The position numbers and the translations under genes were made by a program. A model generated the notes under the pieces. That model was not told where the DNA came from. It saw nothing but the letters and a program-made list of their open reading frames with translations, and did not search any database. A DNA stretch of 64,000 bases from Spirochaetaceae bacterium (GTDB taxonomy: Bacteria > Spirochaetota > Spirochaetia > DSM-2461). Each line of letters begins with the position of its first letter. The first letter of the stretch is position 1. Below are positions 50,116 through 59,679 of this stretch, in pieces. The DNA lies in assembly GCA_051531975.1 (NCBI GenBank), contig JAOPTT010000013.1:32001-96000 (forward strand), read 5' to 3'.

Positions 50116-51867
50116 ATGAAAAATAAGACTGTAAATACAGATTTTTGTATTGTTGGTGGTGGAATGTCTGGCCTATGTGCCGCTATTGCATCTGCTAGAA
50201 AAGGAATTAAAACACTATTAGTTCAAGATAGACCGATGTTAGGAGGAAACTCGTCTAGCGAGATTAGAATGTGGATTTGTGGAGCTCATGGTGAGAATAA
50301 CCACGAAACAGGAATTCTAGAAGAGATTCTCTTAGAAAATGCATATAGACAAACAAATCCTAATTATTCTGTGTGGGACAGTATATTGTGGGAAAAAGCA
50401 CATTTTCAGGAGAACCTAACATTAATATTAAACTGTAGTATTAACAATTCTGAAATGAATAATACTGGTACTGTAATTAAAAGCTTAACAGGTTGGCAAA
50501 TGACAACTGAAACATGGATAAAAATAGAAGCAAACATATTCTCTGACTGTTCAGGAGATGGAATTTTAGCACCATTAACAGGTGCAGAGTTTCGAGTCGG
50601 CCGGGAAGCAAAAAGTGAATTCAATGAGTCTATTGCACCAGAAAAAGCTGATAAAAAAACGATGGGAATGAGCTGTTTGATCCAAGCAAGAGAAACAGAT
50701 AAGCCACAAAAGTTTATAGCACCAGAATGGGCACATAAATTTGAAAATGATTCTGATTTTCCAAATAGATCACACTCAATAAAAGGAAATCAAAATTTCT
50801 GGTGGTTAGAAGTTGGAGGAATGGATAACTCAATAGATGATACTGAGGAGTGCCGAGACGAATTACTTAAAATAGCATATGGAGTATGGGATCATGTCAA
50901 AAATTATGATAAAAATGCAGATCATGATGCCGAAAATTGGACTTTAGATTGGCTTGGATTTTTACCAGGGAAAAGAGAGAGCAGAAGACTAGTAGGAGAT
51001 TATATTCTTACCCAAAATGATATTGAAAAAGAGGGTAAACATTTTAACGATATAGTTGCATATGGTGGATGGTCAATGGATGATCATTATCCTGAAGGTT
51101 TTTATAATAAGATTGGTGGAACTATATTTCACCCTGCTCCATCCCCTTATGGTATACCCCTACGTTCTCTTTATTCAAAAAATATAGAAAATCTTTTTTT
51201 TGCAGGTAGAAATATTAGTGCAACACATTCTGCATTAAGTTCCACAAGAGTAATGGCTACATGTTCATTATTAGGCCAAGCAGTTGGTGAAGCTGCTTCA
51301 ATATGTATCGAAAACAATATTTTACCAAGAGAAGTATATAGATCAAAAATAATTGAATTACAAAACAGATTAAAAGATTCAGATTGTTATCTTCCTTGGC
51401 AAAAAAGAGTTATATCTCATAAAACGACTAAAGCAAATATAAAAACATCAAACAACGACTCTGGTGAAGTGTTAAGAAATGGAAACGACAGAGACATTAA
51501 AAATCAAGATAATGGTTATACCTTTAAAACAGGTGCATGGGTAGAGTTTAGGTTTTCTGAAGATACAAAAATTGATGATATTAGGTTTGTATTTGATAGT
51601 AACTTAAGCAGATCTACACATAACATGGTTTCATATTATAAACTTAATCAGAAAGATTTTAGTGTCCCTGGTTGCTTATTAAAAGAGTTTGTTATTGAAA
51701 TTGAAGATAAAAATGATATTTGGACAGAAATATATAAAGCCCAAAATAACTACCAGAGACTTGTTTCCATATCACTTTCCATAACAACAAAAGCTATTAG
51801 GGTTAAACCTATTAGGACATGGGATGATAGTTCAATAATGAAAATATTTAGTATAGATATAGTTTGA
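50116..51867 (+). CDS. FAD-dependent oxidoreductase (FAD_oxidored-like) with C-terminal beta-sandwich
   Basis: VGGGMSG, LGGNSSSE, DCSGDG, GKRESRR and RVMAT motifs. Confidence 0.88.
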   Translation: MKNKTVNTDFCIVGGGMSGLCAAIASARKGIKTLLVQDRPMLGGNSSSEIRMWICGAHGENNHETGILEEILLENAYRQTNPNYSVWDSILWEKAHFQENLTLILNCSINNSEMNNTGTVIKSLTGWQMTTETWIKIEANIFSDCSGDGILAPLTGAEFRVGREAKSEFNESIAPEKADKKTMGMSCLIQARETDKPQKFIAPEWAHKFENDSDFPNRSHSIKGNQNFWWLEVGGMDNSIDDTEECRDELLKIAYGVWDHVKNYDKNADHDAENWTLDWLGFLPGKRESRRLVGDYILTQNDIEKEGKHFNDIVAYGGWSMDDHYPEGFYNKIGGTIFHPAPSPYGIPLRSLYSKNIENLFFAGRNISATHSALSSTRVMATCSLLGQAVGEAASICIENNILPREVYRSKIIELQNRLKDSDCYLPWQKRVISHKTTKANIKTSNNDSGEVLRNGNDRDIKNQDNGYTFKTGAWVEFRFSEDTKIDDIRFVFDSNLSRSTHNMVSYYKLNQKDFSVPGCLLKEFVIEIEDKNDIWTEIYKAQNNYQRLVSISLSITTKAIRVKPIRTWDDSSIMKIFSIDIV

Positions 51868-51904
51868 TAAAATAATCCTACTAATGTCTTAAGACGGAGT
51901 TAAA

Positions 51905-54178
51905 ATGAAAAAATGTATATATGAAGATCCCAGAAAACTTAGAAATATAGATATAGATACAGATGTTGTTGTTGTAGGAGGTGGTCTTGCAGGTGTTTGT
52001 ACTGCAATCACAGCTGCAAGAACCGGTATAAAAGTTACCCTAATACAAGATAGACCTGTTTTAGGAGGTAATGCTTCAAGCGAAGTTAGACTTTGGGCTC
52101 TTGGGGCAACCTCACATATGGGAAATAACAATAGGTGGGCCCGTGAAGGTGGAGTAATTGATGAGATTGCTGTAGAAAATCTTCATAGAAACAAAGAAGG
52201 TAATCCTGTTTTATTTGATATGGTACTACTTGATAAAGTATATGCAGAAAAAAATATTACTCTACTTTTAGATTCAGCTGTTTTTCAAGCTGAATTTGAG
52301 GAAAATGGTAATATTAAATCTGTTAAGGCTTTTTGTAGTCAAAATGCAATAATGTATAATGTATCTGCTCCATATTTTTGTGACTCATCTGGTGATGGTA
52401 TCCTAGGTTATTTAGCAGGAGCTCCCTATAGAATAGGTGCTGAGGATAGTTCAGAATTTAATGAACCTATTGCTCCAGACGTTTCATACGGAGAGCTACT
52501 TGGCCATAGTATTTATTTTTATACTAAAGATACTGGTTCACCTATAGAGTATGTCGCGCCTGATATTGCACTAAAGGATATTACAAAAGTTCCCAGGTTT
52601 AATAAAATAAAAGCATCAGATTCTGGTTGTTCGTTTTGGTGGATTGAATATGGAGGAAGGTTAGATACAATACATGATACCTTAGAAATTAAAAAAGAGT
52701 TGTGGAAAGTAGCCTATGGAATATGGGACTATATGAAAAACTCAGGGAGTCTTCCAGAAACAAAAAATCTAACCTTAGAGTGGGTCGGATTAATACCTGG
52801 TAAAAGAGAAAGTCGCCGTTTTGAAGGTGATTATATGCTTAATCAGTCCGATGTAGTAAATCAAAACAAATTTGATGATGCTGTATCATATGGAGGTTGG
52901 GCTATAGACCTACATCCTGCTGATGGAGTTTATTCTGAAAGACCTCCTTGTAATCAGTACCATGGTAAAGCTGTGTATCAAATTCCTTGGAGATGCCTAT
53001 ATAGTAAATCTATCCCTAATTTATTGCTAAATGGCAGACTTATTAGTTCTTCCCACATAGCCTATGGGTCAACAAGAGTCATGATGACAGCAGCTCATAC
53101 AGGTCAGGCAGTTGGTATGGGAATCTCATTATGTATAAAAAACAGTAAAACACCACGAGAATTATTAGAAGAGGATTCTATGGTAGAGTTCCAGAAAGAA
53201 CTTATCCGAATTGGCCAATTTATTCCTGGTTTAGAAATTTCTGATAAAGATGATCTTATTAAAATTGCAAAAATAACATCATTATCAACTGCTAATATTT
53301 CAGAATTTACAGAATCAGATAATTGGGAATCTTTCAAAGACCCTAGAGCTGTTCTATTACCATTAAATAAAGGTTTTTTACCAAAAATATCGTTTAAAAT
53401 TAGAACAAAAGTTGATCAAAAACTAACAATGCAACTTAGAACATCAATAAAAAGAGGTGGCTATTCACCAGAAAAGATTTTAGATGGACAAATAATAAAT
53501 ATAACTAAAAATTCAGAGGAATATTTTATTCAATTTAATACTAATTTAATTGAGGATGAGTATGTATTTATATGTTTTATTCCTCAATCAGATATGAGTA
53601 TACAGCTATCTAACGATAGGTATCCTGGAATTTTATCAGTATACCATGAATTAAATGAAAAAGTTTCTAAAAGTATGGTACAAAAAGCTCCTGAAGGATC
53701 GGGTTTGAACTCTTTTGAATTCTGGTTACCTCACAGAAGACCATTTGGAGAATTACCATCTTTAAAATTTGATCCGCCAATAACCCCATATTCCACTAAT
53801 TATTTGAAAAATGATCTGGAACGTCCTTACATCAGGTCAAATTCTTGGCTAGGAAATATTAACGAAGATATTTCTTGGGTTAAAGCATCTTGGAAAGAAA
53901 AACAGACTGCTAATAAAATAGTACTTTGTTTTGATACAGATTATGACCATGCAATGGAAACTAGTCAGTTTGGACATCCCGAAAATAACATACCTTTTTG
54001 TGCAAAACACATAATTCTAAGGGATCAGGATAATAATATTATTGTTGAATTAAAAGACAACTATAAAACTAGGATTATTATTAATTTAGATTCAAATTTT
54101 AAGTTTTCTGAGTTAAAACTTGAGATTATAGAAACTAATGGTTATCCAGCTCCATTATATAACATTAGAGTTATTTAA
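51905..54178 (+). CDS. FAD-dependent oxidoreductase (FAD_oxidored-like), long paralogue
   Basis: VGGGLAG, LGGNASSE, DSSGDG, GKRESRR and RVMMT motifs. Confidence 0.88.
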   Translation: MKKCIYEDPRKLRNIDIDTDVVVVGGGLAGVCTAITAARTGIKVTLIQDRPVLGGNASSEVRLWALGATSHMGNNNRWAREGGVIDEIAVENLHRNKEGNPVLFDMVLLDKVYAEKNITLLLDSAVFQAEFEENGNIKSVKAFCSQNAIMYNVSAPYFCDSSGDGILGYLAGAPYRIGAEDSSEFNEPIAPDVSYGELLGHSIYFYTKDTGSPIEYVAPDIALKDITKVPRFNKIKASDSGCSFWWIEYGGRLDTIHDTLEIKKELWKVAYGIWDYMKNSGSLPETKNLTLEWVGLIPGKRESRRFEGDYMLNQSDVVNQNKFDDAVSYGGWAIDLHPADGVYSERPPCNQYHGKAVYQIPWRCLYSKSIPNLLLNGRLISSSHIAYGSTRVMMTAAHTGQAVGMGISLCIKNSKTPRELLEEDSMVEFQKELIRIGQFIPGLEISDKDDLIKIAKITSLSTANISEFTESDNWESFKDPRAVLLPLNKGFLPKISFKIRTKVDQKLTMQLRTSIKRGGYSPEKILDGQIINITKNSEEYFIQFNTNLIEDEYVFICFIPQSDMSIQLSNDRYPGILSVYHELNEKVSKSMVQKAPEGSGLNSFEFWLPHRRPFGELPSLKFDPPITPYSTNYLKNDLERPYIRSNSWLGNINEDISWVKASWKEKQTANKIVLCFDTDYDHAMETSQFGHPENNIPFCAKHIILRDQDNNIIVELKDNYKTRIIINLDSNFKFSELKLEIIETNGYPAPLYNIRVI

Positions 54179-54184
54179 TAGACT

Positions 54185-54218
54185 AAGTGGGATCTATCAA
54201 TAGATTCCACTTTTTTTT
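54185..54218 (+). terminator. Rho-independent terminator
   Basis: AAGTGGGATCTA-TCAA-TAGATTCCACTT followed by a T-run. Confidence 0.8.
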
Positions 54219-54229
54219 ATACTCTAAAC

Positions 54230-55537
54230 ATGAAGTATTTTATTCTTTTAATAATAATTCTAATAACTCCTCCTATTTTTTCTTCTAGAAACAGAGAAAA
54301 CAATATCGTTAAACCAGAAATAACCAAGATTATAATTTGGGGAGGAGTACCATATAATGACGGTCCAAAACAAGTTATTCAATTATTTAACAGTGAGTTT
54401 TCCAATCAAGGAATAAAAGCAGAATATAAAAGATATATAAATGATAAACAAGGGAACCTTAAACTTGATGTAACACTACTTGGTGGTGGTGATATTGACC
54501 TCTTTTTTAGTTATGGTTATGAACAATATTCTCGTAGATCAGAGAAAATGGCCCTCAATTTAGGCTCACTTATAACTAATGATAATTATGATATTAAAAA
54601 ATATATTGGTATCTTTGGTAATAAAAAAAGTTTAATAAATGGAGAATATTATGGTCTTGCTAGCAAAACATATAATAATGGATTTCTTGCAAATAAAAAT
54701 ATGTTTGATAGTGCTGGTATAGAAATACCAATAAAATGGAATTGGAATGACTTTTTTAAAACTGTGGGAAAGTTATCCTCAGTTAAGAATGGCGAAAAAA
54801 TATATGGTGCTTATCTTGGGACATTAAATCTTCAAGAAGTACCATTAGAAATGTTGGATTCAGAACTAGGGGCAGATCACTATTATAGAAATAATGGTAA
54901 AAGTGTGGATTTCTCAAATCCAAGATACATAAAAGTATTAAATCAAGTTAAATCACTTATGGGTCAAGGTTTTATGCCTAATCAAGAGTCAGTTATTAAT
55001 CATAAAATCTCTGGGACTCAACTTTTTACCCAGGGTAAAACAGCAATGATTTATGGAACATGGTTAATAAGAGATATAAAAAATAGAGAAAAGTATCCCC
55101 ATGATTTTGTAACAGCCTATGTTCCATTTCCATCAAACTCTAATGGTATTTATTATAATTCTGGTGGTCCTGGTGATATGTTACAAATAAATAAAAACTC
55201 TAAAAAAATAAAAGAATCTTGGTTATTTATTAAATGGTATCTGGAAAAAGGGGTTATGGAGATGGCTCGTTTTGGGAGGATCCCTTTGCACCCTAATTTT
55301 GATATATCTGATGCATCAAAAGGATTATTATCTGGGGATGAGGACCTTTTTCATGTTGAATCTATTAATAATGGATATCTAAAACCATCACAAAATTATT
55401 CTATACCTTTTTATTCATCAACAATTGTATTAGAAATATTAAGGGAAGAGTTGGAAAACTTTTATTTTGGAAATATAACGGCAAAAGAGGCTTTATCTAA
55501 TGCTGAATCTAAGGCTAATACCGCTTTAAATAATTAG
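54230..55537 (+). CDS. Second family 1 solute-binding protein, paralogue of 46964..48286
   Basis: Shares WGGVP, GNLKLDV, GLASKTYNNGFL, KYPHDFVT and GGPGDM blocks. Confidence 0.9.
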   Translation: MKYFILLIIILITPPIFSSRNRENNIVKPEITKIIIWGGVPYNDGPKQVIQLFNSEFSNQGIKAEYKRYINDKQGNLKLDVTLLGGGDIDLFFSYGYEQYSRRSEKMALNLGSLITNDNYDIKKYIGIFGNKKSLINGEYYGLASKTYNNGFLANKNMFDSAGIEIPIKWNWNDFFKTVGKLSSVKNGEKIYGAYLGTLNLQEVPLEMLDSELGADHYYRNNGKSVDFSNPRYIKVLNQVKSLMGQGFMPNQESVINHKISGTQLFTQGKTAMIYGTWLIRDIKNREKYPHDFVTAYVPFPSNSNGIYYNSGGPGDMLQINKNSKKIKESWLFIKWYLEKGVMEMARFGRIPLHPNFDISDASKGLLSGDEDLFHVESINNGYLKPSQNYSIPFYSSTIVLEILREELENFYFGNITAKEALSNAESKANTALNN

Positions 55538-55550
55538 TATATTTATCAAT

Positions 55551-55577
55551 AAAAAAAGAGGCCAAATGGCCTCTTTT
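55551..55577. terminator. Bidirectional rho-independent terminator
   Basis: AAAAGAGGCCA-AA-TGGCCTCTTTT between convergent genes. Confidence 0.85.
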
Positions 55578-55594
55578 ATCTTAATAAACTGTTT

Positions 55595-56899
55595 CTAATA
55601 ATTAGCTAATAAAAACTTCTCAAGTTCACTATATCTGTTTTCAACTACAGTAGAAACTTTCTCTTTATTTACTAATTTTGAAAGTGCTTCCGGTAGTTGT
55701 GGATTAACACCAATAGATTCCTGAACAACTTCTACAAACTTACCTGGGTGAGCAGTTGATAGAACTAAAGAGTTATAGTTTTTAGCTTCAGCATTAGCTT
55801 TTTGGAATCTCTCAGTAGCTAAAATACCAACAGCAGTATGTGGGTCTAATATTTGACCTCTTTCTAAGTAGTATCTCTGCATTGTTTTTATTGTATCTTC
55901 ATTAGAGACATAGTCACCTTTAATAACCTTTCTAAAGTTATCAACATCAGAATTGAACATAGTCATAAGTCTTTCAAAGTTGCTAGGTGCACCTACATCC
56001 ATAGCATTGGATGGAGTTTGAACTGAGGCTCTTGGGTTATAGTTTCCGGTATCTAAGAACTCAGGAACTGCTTTATTATTATTTGTAGCAGCAATATATT
56101 GTTTTACTGGCAGACCCCAGTTTTTAGCAAATAGACCAGCTGTTAAGTTTCCAAAGTTACCAGATGGAACAGTAAACATTAAATCTGAATTTGGTTTTAA
56201 CTGAGAATAAGCGTAGATATAATATAGTGATTGAGGAACTAACCGACCAATGTTAATTGAGTTAGCAGAAGTAATATTTACTTTAGAACATAAATCTTTA
56301 TTTCCAAAAGCCTCTTTAACCATTTTTTGACAGTCATCAAAAGTTCCTTTAACTTCTAAAGCAGTAATGTTCCCACCTATAGTTGTTAACTGTTTCTCCT
56401 GTAATGGGCTAACCATTCCACTAGGATATAAAATTACAACTTCAATGTTATCTTTACCTTCAAAAGCCTTAGCAACGGCGGATCCAGTATCTCCAGAAGT
56501 TGCTGCTAAAATTACAGCTTTCTCCTTTCTATCACCTAAAAACTCTTCCATAGAAGCAGCTAAAAACGATGCGCCATAATCTTTAAAAGCACATGTAGGT
56601 CCAGTATATAGTTCTAATATACTTATATCTTCGGAAACCCTCATAATTTCAGGTTTAAAGTCAAAGGCATTGTTTATAATTCTTTTGACAGATTCTTTAG
56701 ACGTTTCATCTTTAATTAATTCATATACAATATGTTCAGCAATTGAGTTAAAAGACATTCCGTGACAGCTTTTAATAAAGTCACTCATATCTGGGAATGA
56801 TTCAGGAAAATATAGACCACCCTCCGGAGATAATCCCTGAAAAATTGCATCTTTAAAAATACTCTTATGGTTATGATCTCTTGTACTAAACAGTTTCAT
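55595..56899 (-). CDS. thrC: Threonine synthase
   Basis: GPTCAFKD PLP lysine, ATSGDTG, SANSIN.GR, VPSGNFG and STAHPGKF motifs. Confidence 0.95.
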   Translation of the reverse strand: MKLFSTRDHNHKSIFKDAIFQGLSPEGGLYFPESFPDMSDFIKSCHGMSFNSIAEHIVYELIKDETSKESVKRIINNAFDFKPEIMRVSEDISILELYTGPTCAFKDYGASFLAASMEEFLGDRKEKAVILAATSGDTGSAVAKAFEGKDNIEVVILYPSGMVSPLQEKQLTTIGGNITALEVKGTFDDCQKMVKEAFGNKDLCSKVNITSANSINIGRLVPQSLYYIYAYSQLKPNSDLMFTVPSGNFGNLTAGLFAKNWGLPVKQYIAATNNNKAVPEFLDTGNYNPRASVQTPSNAMDVGAPSNFERLMTMFNSDVDNFRKVIKGDYVSNEDTIKTMQRYYLERGQILDPHTAVGILATERFQKANAEAKNYNSLVLSTAHPGKFVEVVQESIGVNPQLPEALSKLVNKEKVSTVVENRYSELEKFLLANY

Positions 56900-56908
56900 A
56901 TATGCTCC

Positions 56909-58279
56909 TTAACCTAAAAAGGTCTTATGTATTGCATTTAAAGCCTTAGCTTTCTGATTTGATTTAACAACTAAAGATATGTTTTTTTCCGTAGAACCCT
57001 GGGCAATTGCCAGAACATTAATTTCATCATTACCTAATGAACTAAAAAGACGACCACTAAAACCTATTCTTCCACGCATATTGTCACCTATTACAGCAAT
57101 AATCTCAAGATCGTTAATAACCTCTATACTTTGTATTTTCTTCTGGTTTAAAGCCTCTTCTAAATCAAGTTCAAGACCCTTTACTGCAGTTTTAACTTCT
57201 GAACTTCTACAAACTATAGATATACTATGTTCACTAGAAGCTTGGGTAATCATTATGATATTAACCCCATAACGTGCTAAAGAATCAAAAATCTTGGAAG
57301 CCATTCCAGGCATACCCATCATTCCCCCACCTTCAATATTTAAAATTGAAACATTATCAATAGAAGCAAGACCAGTAATCTCATTTGGATTTTTTTCAAC
57401 TTTATTAGCTATTAAAGTTCCTGGGGCTGTTGGGTTTAAAGTATTTTTTATATATACAGGTATATTCTTTTCAACTACAGGCAGAAGTGTATATGGGTGA
57501 ATAACTTCAGCACCAAAATATGACATTTCCATTGCTTCAGATACACTTAACTGTGGTATAACATAAGAATGAGAAACAACTCTAGGGTCAGCTGTTAAAA
57601 CACCATCAACATCAGTCCATATTTCTACACTCTCAGCATCTAATGCTCCACCTAATATAGAAGCGGTATAATCACTTCCATTTCTTCCTAAAGTTGTAGT
57701 TATACACTCCTCTGTTGAGGCTATAAAACCAGTAACTATAGCAATACCCTTTCCTGGATCTATTTTTTTATTTATTAAGTCATATGATAATTTAAGATCA
57801 ACATTTGCTGAACCAAAGTTATTATCAGTTTTTATAATTTTTCTTGCATCAACATAATAAGATTTTATACCTACAGAGTTTAAATATTCACTTACTAAAG
57901 TACAGTTCAATCTCTCACCAAAACTTGATATAAAATCTAAACTTCTTGATGAGCACTCTTTAACAAGTTCTACACCATGGAGAATATCTTTTAATTCATC
58001 AATTATTGTAAAGAGTTTTTTTTCTACTTCAGTCATTAAGGTACCAGTAAAAAGTTCTTTTACAGCTACAGTTTGTTTTTCTTTAATACCTTCAAGTGAC
58101 TCTTTATAAGATTTATTTCCATGCTCAGCATATTCTGCGCCTTCTATAAGTAAATTTGTAATACCTTTCATTGCAGAAAGAACAACAACTTGGACATTAT
58201 TACTTAAAATAATATCACAAACACCTTTAATTCTCTTTGAATCAGCTAAACTGCTTCCTCCAAATTTGTAAACTTCCAT
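56909..58279 (-). CDS. lysC: Aspartate kinase (two ACT domains, no homoserine dehydrogenase domain)
   Basis: KFGGSS, TLGRNGSD and WTDVDGVLTADPR motifs. Start placed at ATG 58279, which has AGGTG upstream. Confidence 0.9.
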   Translation of the reverse strand: MEVYKFGGSSLADSKRIKGVCDIILSNNVQVVVLSAMKGITNLLIEGAEYAEHGNKSYKESLEGIKEKQTVAVKELFTGTLMTEVEKKLFTIIDELKDILHGVELVKECSSRSLDFISSFGERLNCTLVSEYLNSVGIKSYYVDARKIIKTDNNFGSANVDLKLSYDLINKKIDPGKGIAIVTGFIASTEECITTTLGRNGSDYTASILGGALDAESVEIWTDVDGVLTADPRVVSHSYVIPQLSVSEAMEMSYFGAEVIHPYTLLPVVEKNIPVYIKNTLNPTAPGTLIANKVEKNPNEITGLASIDNVSILNIEGGGMMGMPGMASKIFDSLARYGVNIIMITQASSEHSISIVCRSSEVKTAVKGLELDLEEALNQKKIQSIEVINDLEIIAVIGDNMRGRIGFSGRLFSSLGNDEINVLAIAQGSTEKNISLVVKSNQKAKALNAIHKTFLG

Positions 58280-58363
58280 CTTTTTCACCTGTTTATTGAT
58301 CGTATAATATAAAATAATATATTTATTTTTTTTAATCTATCTATAAATACATATTCAATACAA

Positions 58364-58392
58364 TTGACACTGAGTATTTTGGCATGTAAAGT
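58364..58392 (+). promoter_or_regulatory. Sigma70 promoter of murA, probably leaderless
   Basis: TTGACA-N17-TAAAGT, 6 nt before the ATG; no SD sequence. Confidence 0.65.
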
Positions 58393-58398
58393 TTCGTT

Positions 58399-59679
58399 AT
58401 GCACAAGTATATAATTGAAGGTAGCTTTCCCATTAGTGGAAAGATCAGAGCCAATGGAAACAAAAACGCAGCACTTCCATGTATTACCGCCGCGTTATTA
58501 ACAGACGAGCCGGTTATTTTGCGGAATATCCCGGAAATAGAAGATGTATTAGTACTTTTTGATATTCTAAGAGAACTTGGATGTAGCGTAGATAAAATTG
58601 GACACCACGCATTTAAAATCCAAACTTTAGATATTAAAACAAGTGAAATACCAGTAGAGATGGCAAAAAAGGTTAGAGCATCAATTCTTTTTGCAGGTCC
58701 ACTACTAGCAAGAACTGGAAAAGCAATCTTTCCACCTCCAGGTGGTGATGTAATTGGCCGTAGAAGGCTAGATACACACTTTATAGCTTTAACTGCTCTA
58801 GGTGCTCAGGTATCTATGGATGGCTTATTTAAGCTAGAAGCAAATAAACTTGTAGGTAAAGATATATTCTTTGATGAACCATCGGTTACTGCAACAGAGA
58901 ATGCAATTATGGCTGCTACTCTAGCAGAAGGAACAACCATATTTAGAAATGTAGCTTCTGAACCCCATGTTCAAGATCTTTGTAACATGATTAATTTAAT
59001 GGGTGGGGATATAACAGGTATAGGTTCAAATACACTAACCATTGTTGGTAAAAAGAAACTTAAAGGGTGTGAATTCGAAATTTGTGCAGACTTTATGGAA
59101 GTTGGTTCCTTAATTGGACTTGCAGCTGTAACCCACGGCGAATTAGAAATAACACATGCAGACCCTCATAATATGAGAAATGCTAAAATGGCATTTAATA
59201 AACTAGGTGTTCACTGGGAACAGGATGAAAATAGTATCTATGTACCATCAAATCAGCCATTAAAAATAATTAGAGATATGGGAAATCAAATACCTATAAT
59301 ATCAAATGGTCCTTGGCCAAACTTCCCACCAGATTTAATGAGTATAATGGTTGTGGTTGCAACTCAAGCTGAAGGAACAGTTCTTATTCATGACAAAATG
59401 TTTGATTCTAGAATGTTTTTTGTAGATAAACTTAATGCTATGGGTGCTGGTATAATTTTATGTGATCCACATAGAGCTGTTGTAAATGGGCCTGGAAAAC
59501 TAAATGCTGCCGATTTAGTATCTCCTGATGTTAGAGCTGGTATGACCATGGTTATTGCAGCATTATGCGCTCAAGGTAAAAGTTCAATTCAGAATGTATA
59601 CCAAATAGAGAGAGGTTACGAAAATATTGCAGAAAGACTTATGGCCTTAGGTGCTAAAATAGAGCGCGTGAAAGAGTAA
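58399..59679 (+). CDS. murA: UDP-N-acetylglucosamine 1-carboxyvinyltransferase
   Basis: GNKNAALP, RAS, SVTATEN, EPHV and YQIERGYE motifs. Confidence 0.97.
   Translation: MHKYIIEGSFPISGKIRANGNKNAALPCITAALLTDEPVILRNIPEIEDVLVLFDILRELGCSVDKIGHHAFKIQTLDIKTSEIPVEMAKKVRASILFAGPLLARTGKAIFPPPGGDVIGRRRLDTHFIALTALGAQVSMDGLFKLEANKLVGKDIFFDEPSVTATENAIMAATLAEGTTIFRNVASEPHVQDLCNMINLMGGDITGIGSNTLTIVGKKKLKGCEFEICADFMEVGSLIGLAAVTHGELEITHADPHNMRNAKMAFNKLGVHWEQDENSIYVPSNQPLKIIRDMGNQIPIISNGPWPNFPPDLMSIMVVVATQAEGTVLIHDKMFDSRMFFVDKLNAMGAGIILCDPHRAVVNGPGKLNAADLVSPDVRAGMTMVIAALCAQGKSSIQNVYQIERGYENIAERLMALGAKIERVKE

Noticed and set aside
56909..58288. Bifunctional thrA
   Set aside because: The protein ends after the ACT domains; no homoserine dehydrogenase domain or thrB is in the window
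58289..58398. Lysine riboswitch, T-box or Thr leader peptide upstream of the aspartate kinase gene
   Set aside because: The region is about 110 bp, very AT-rich, and has no stable stems or Thr-rich mini-ORF
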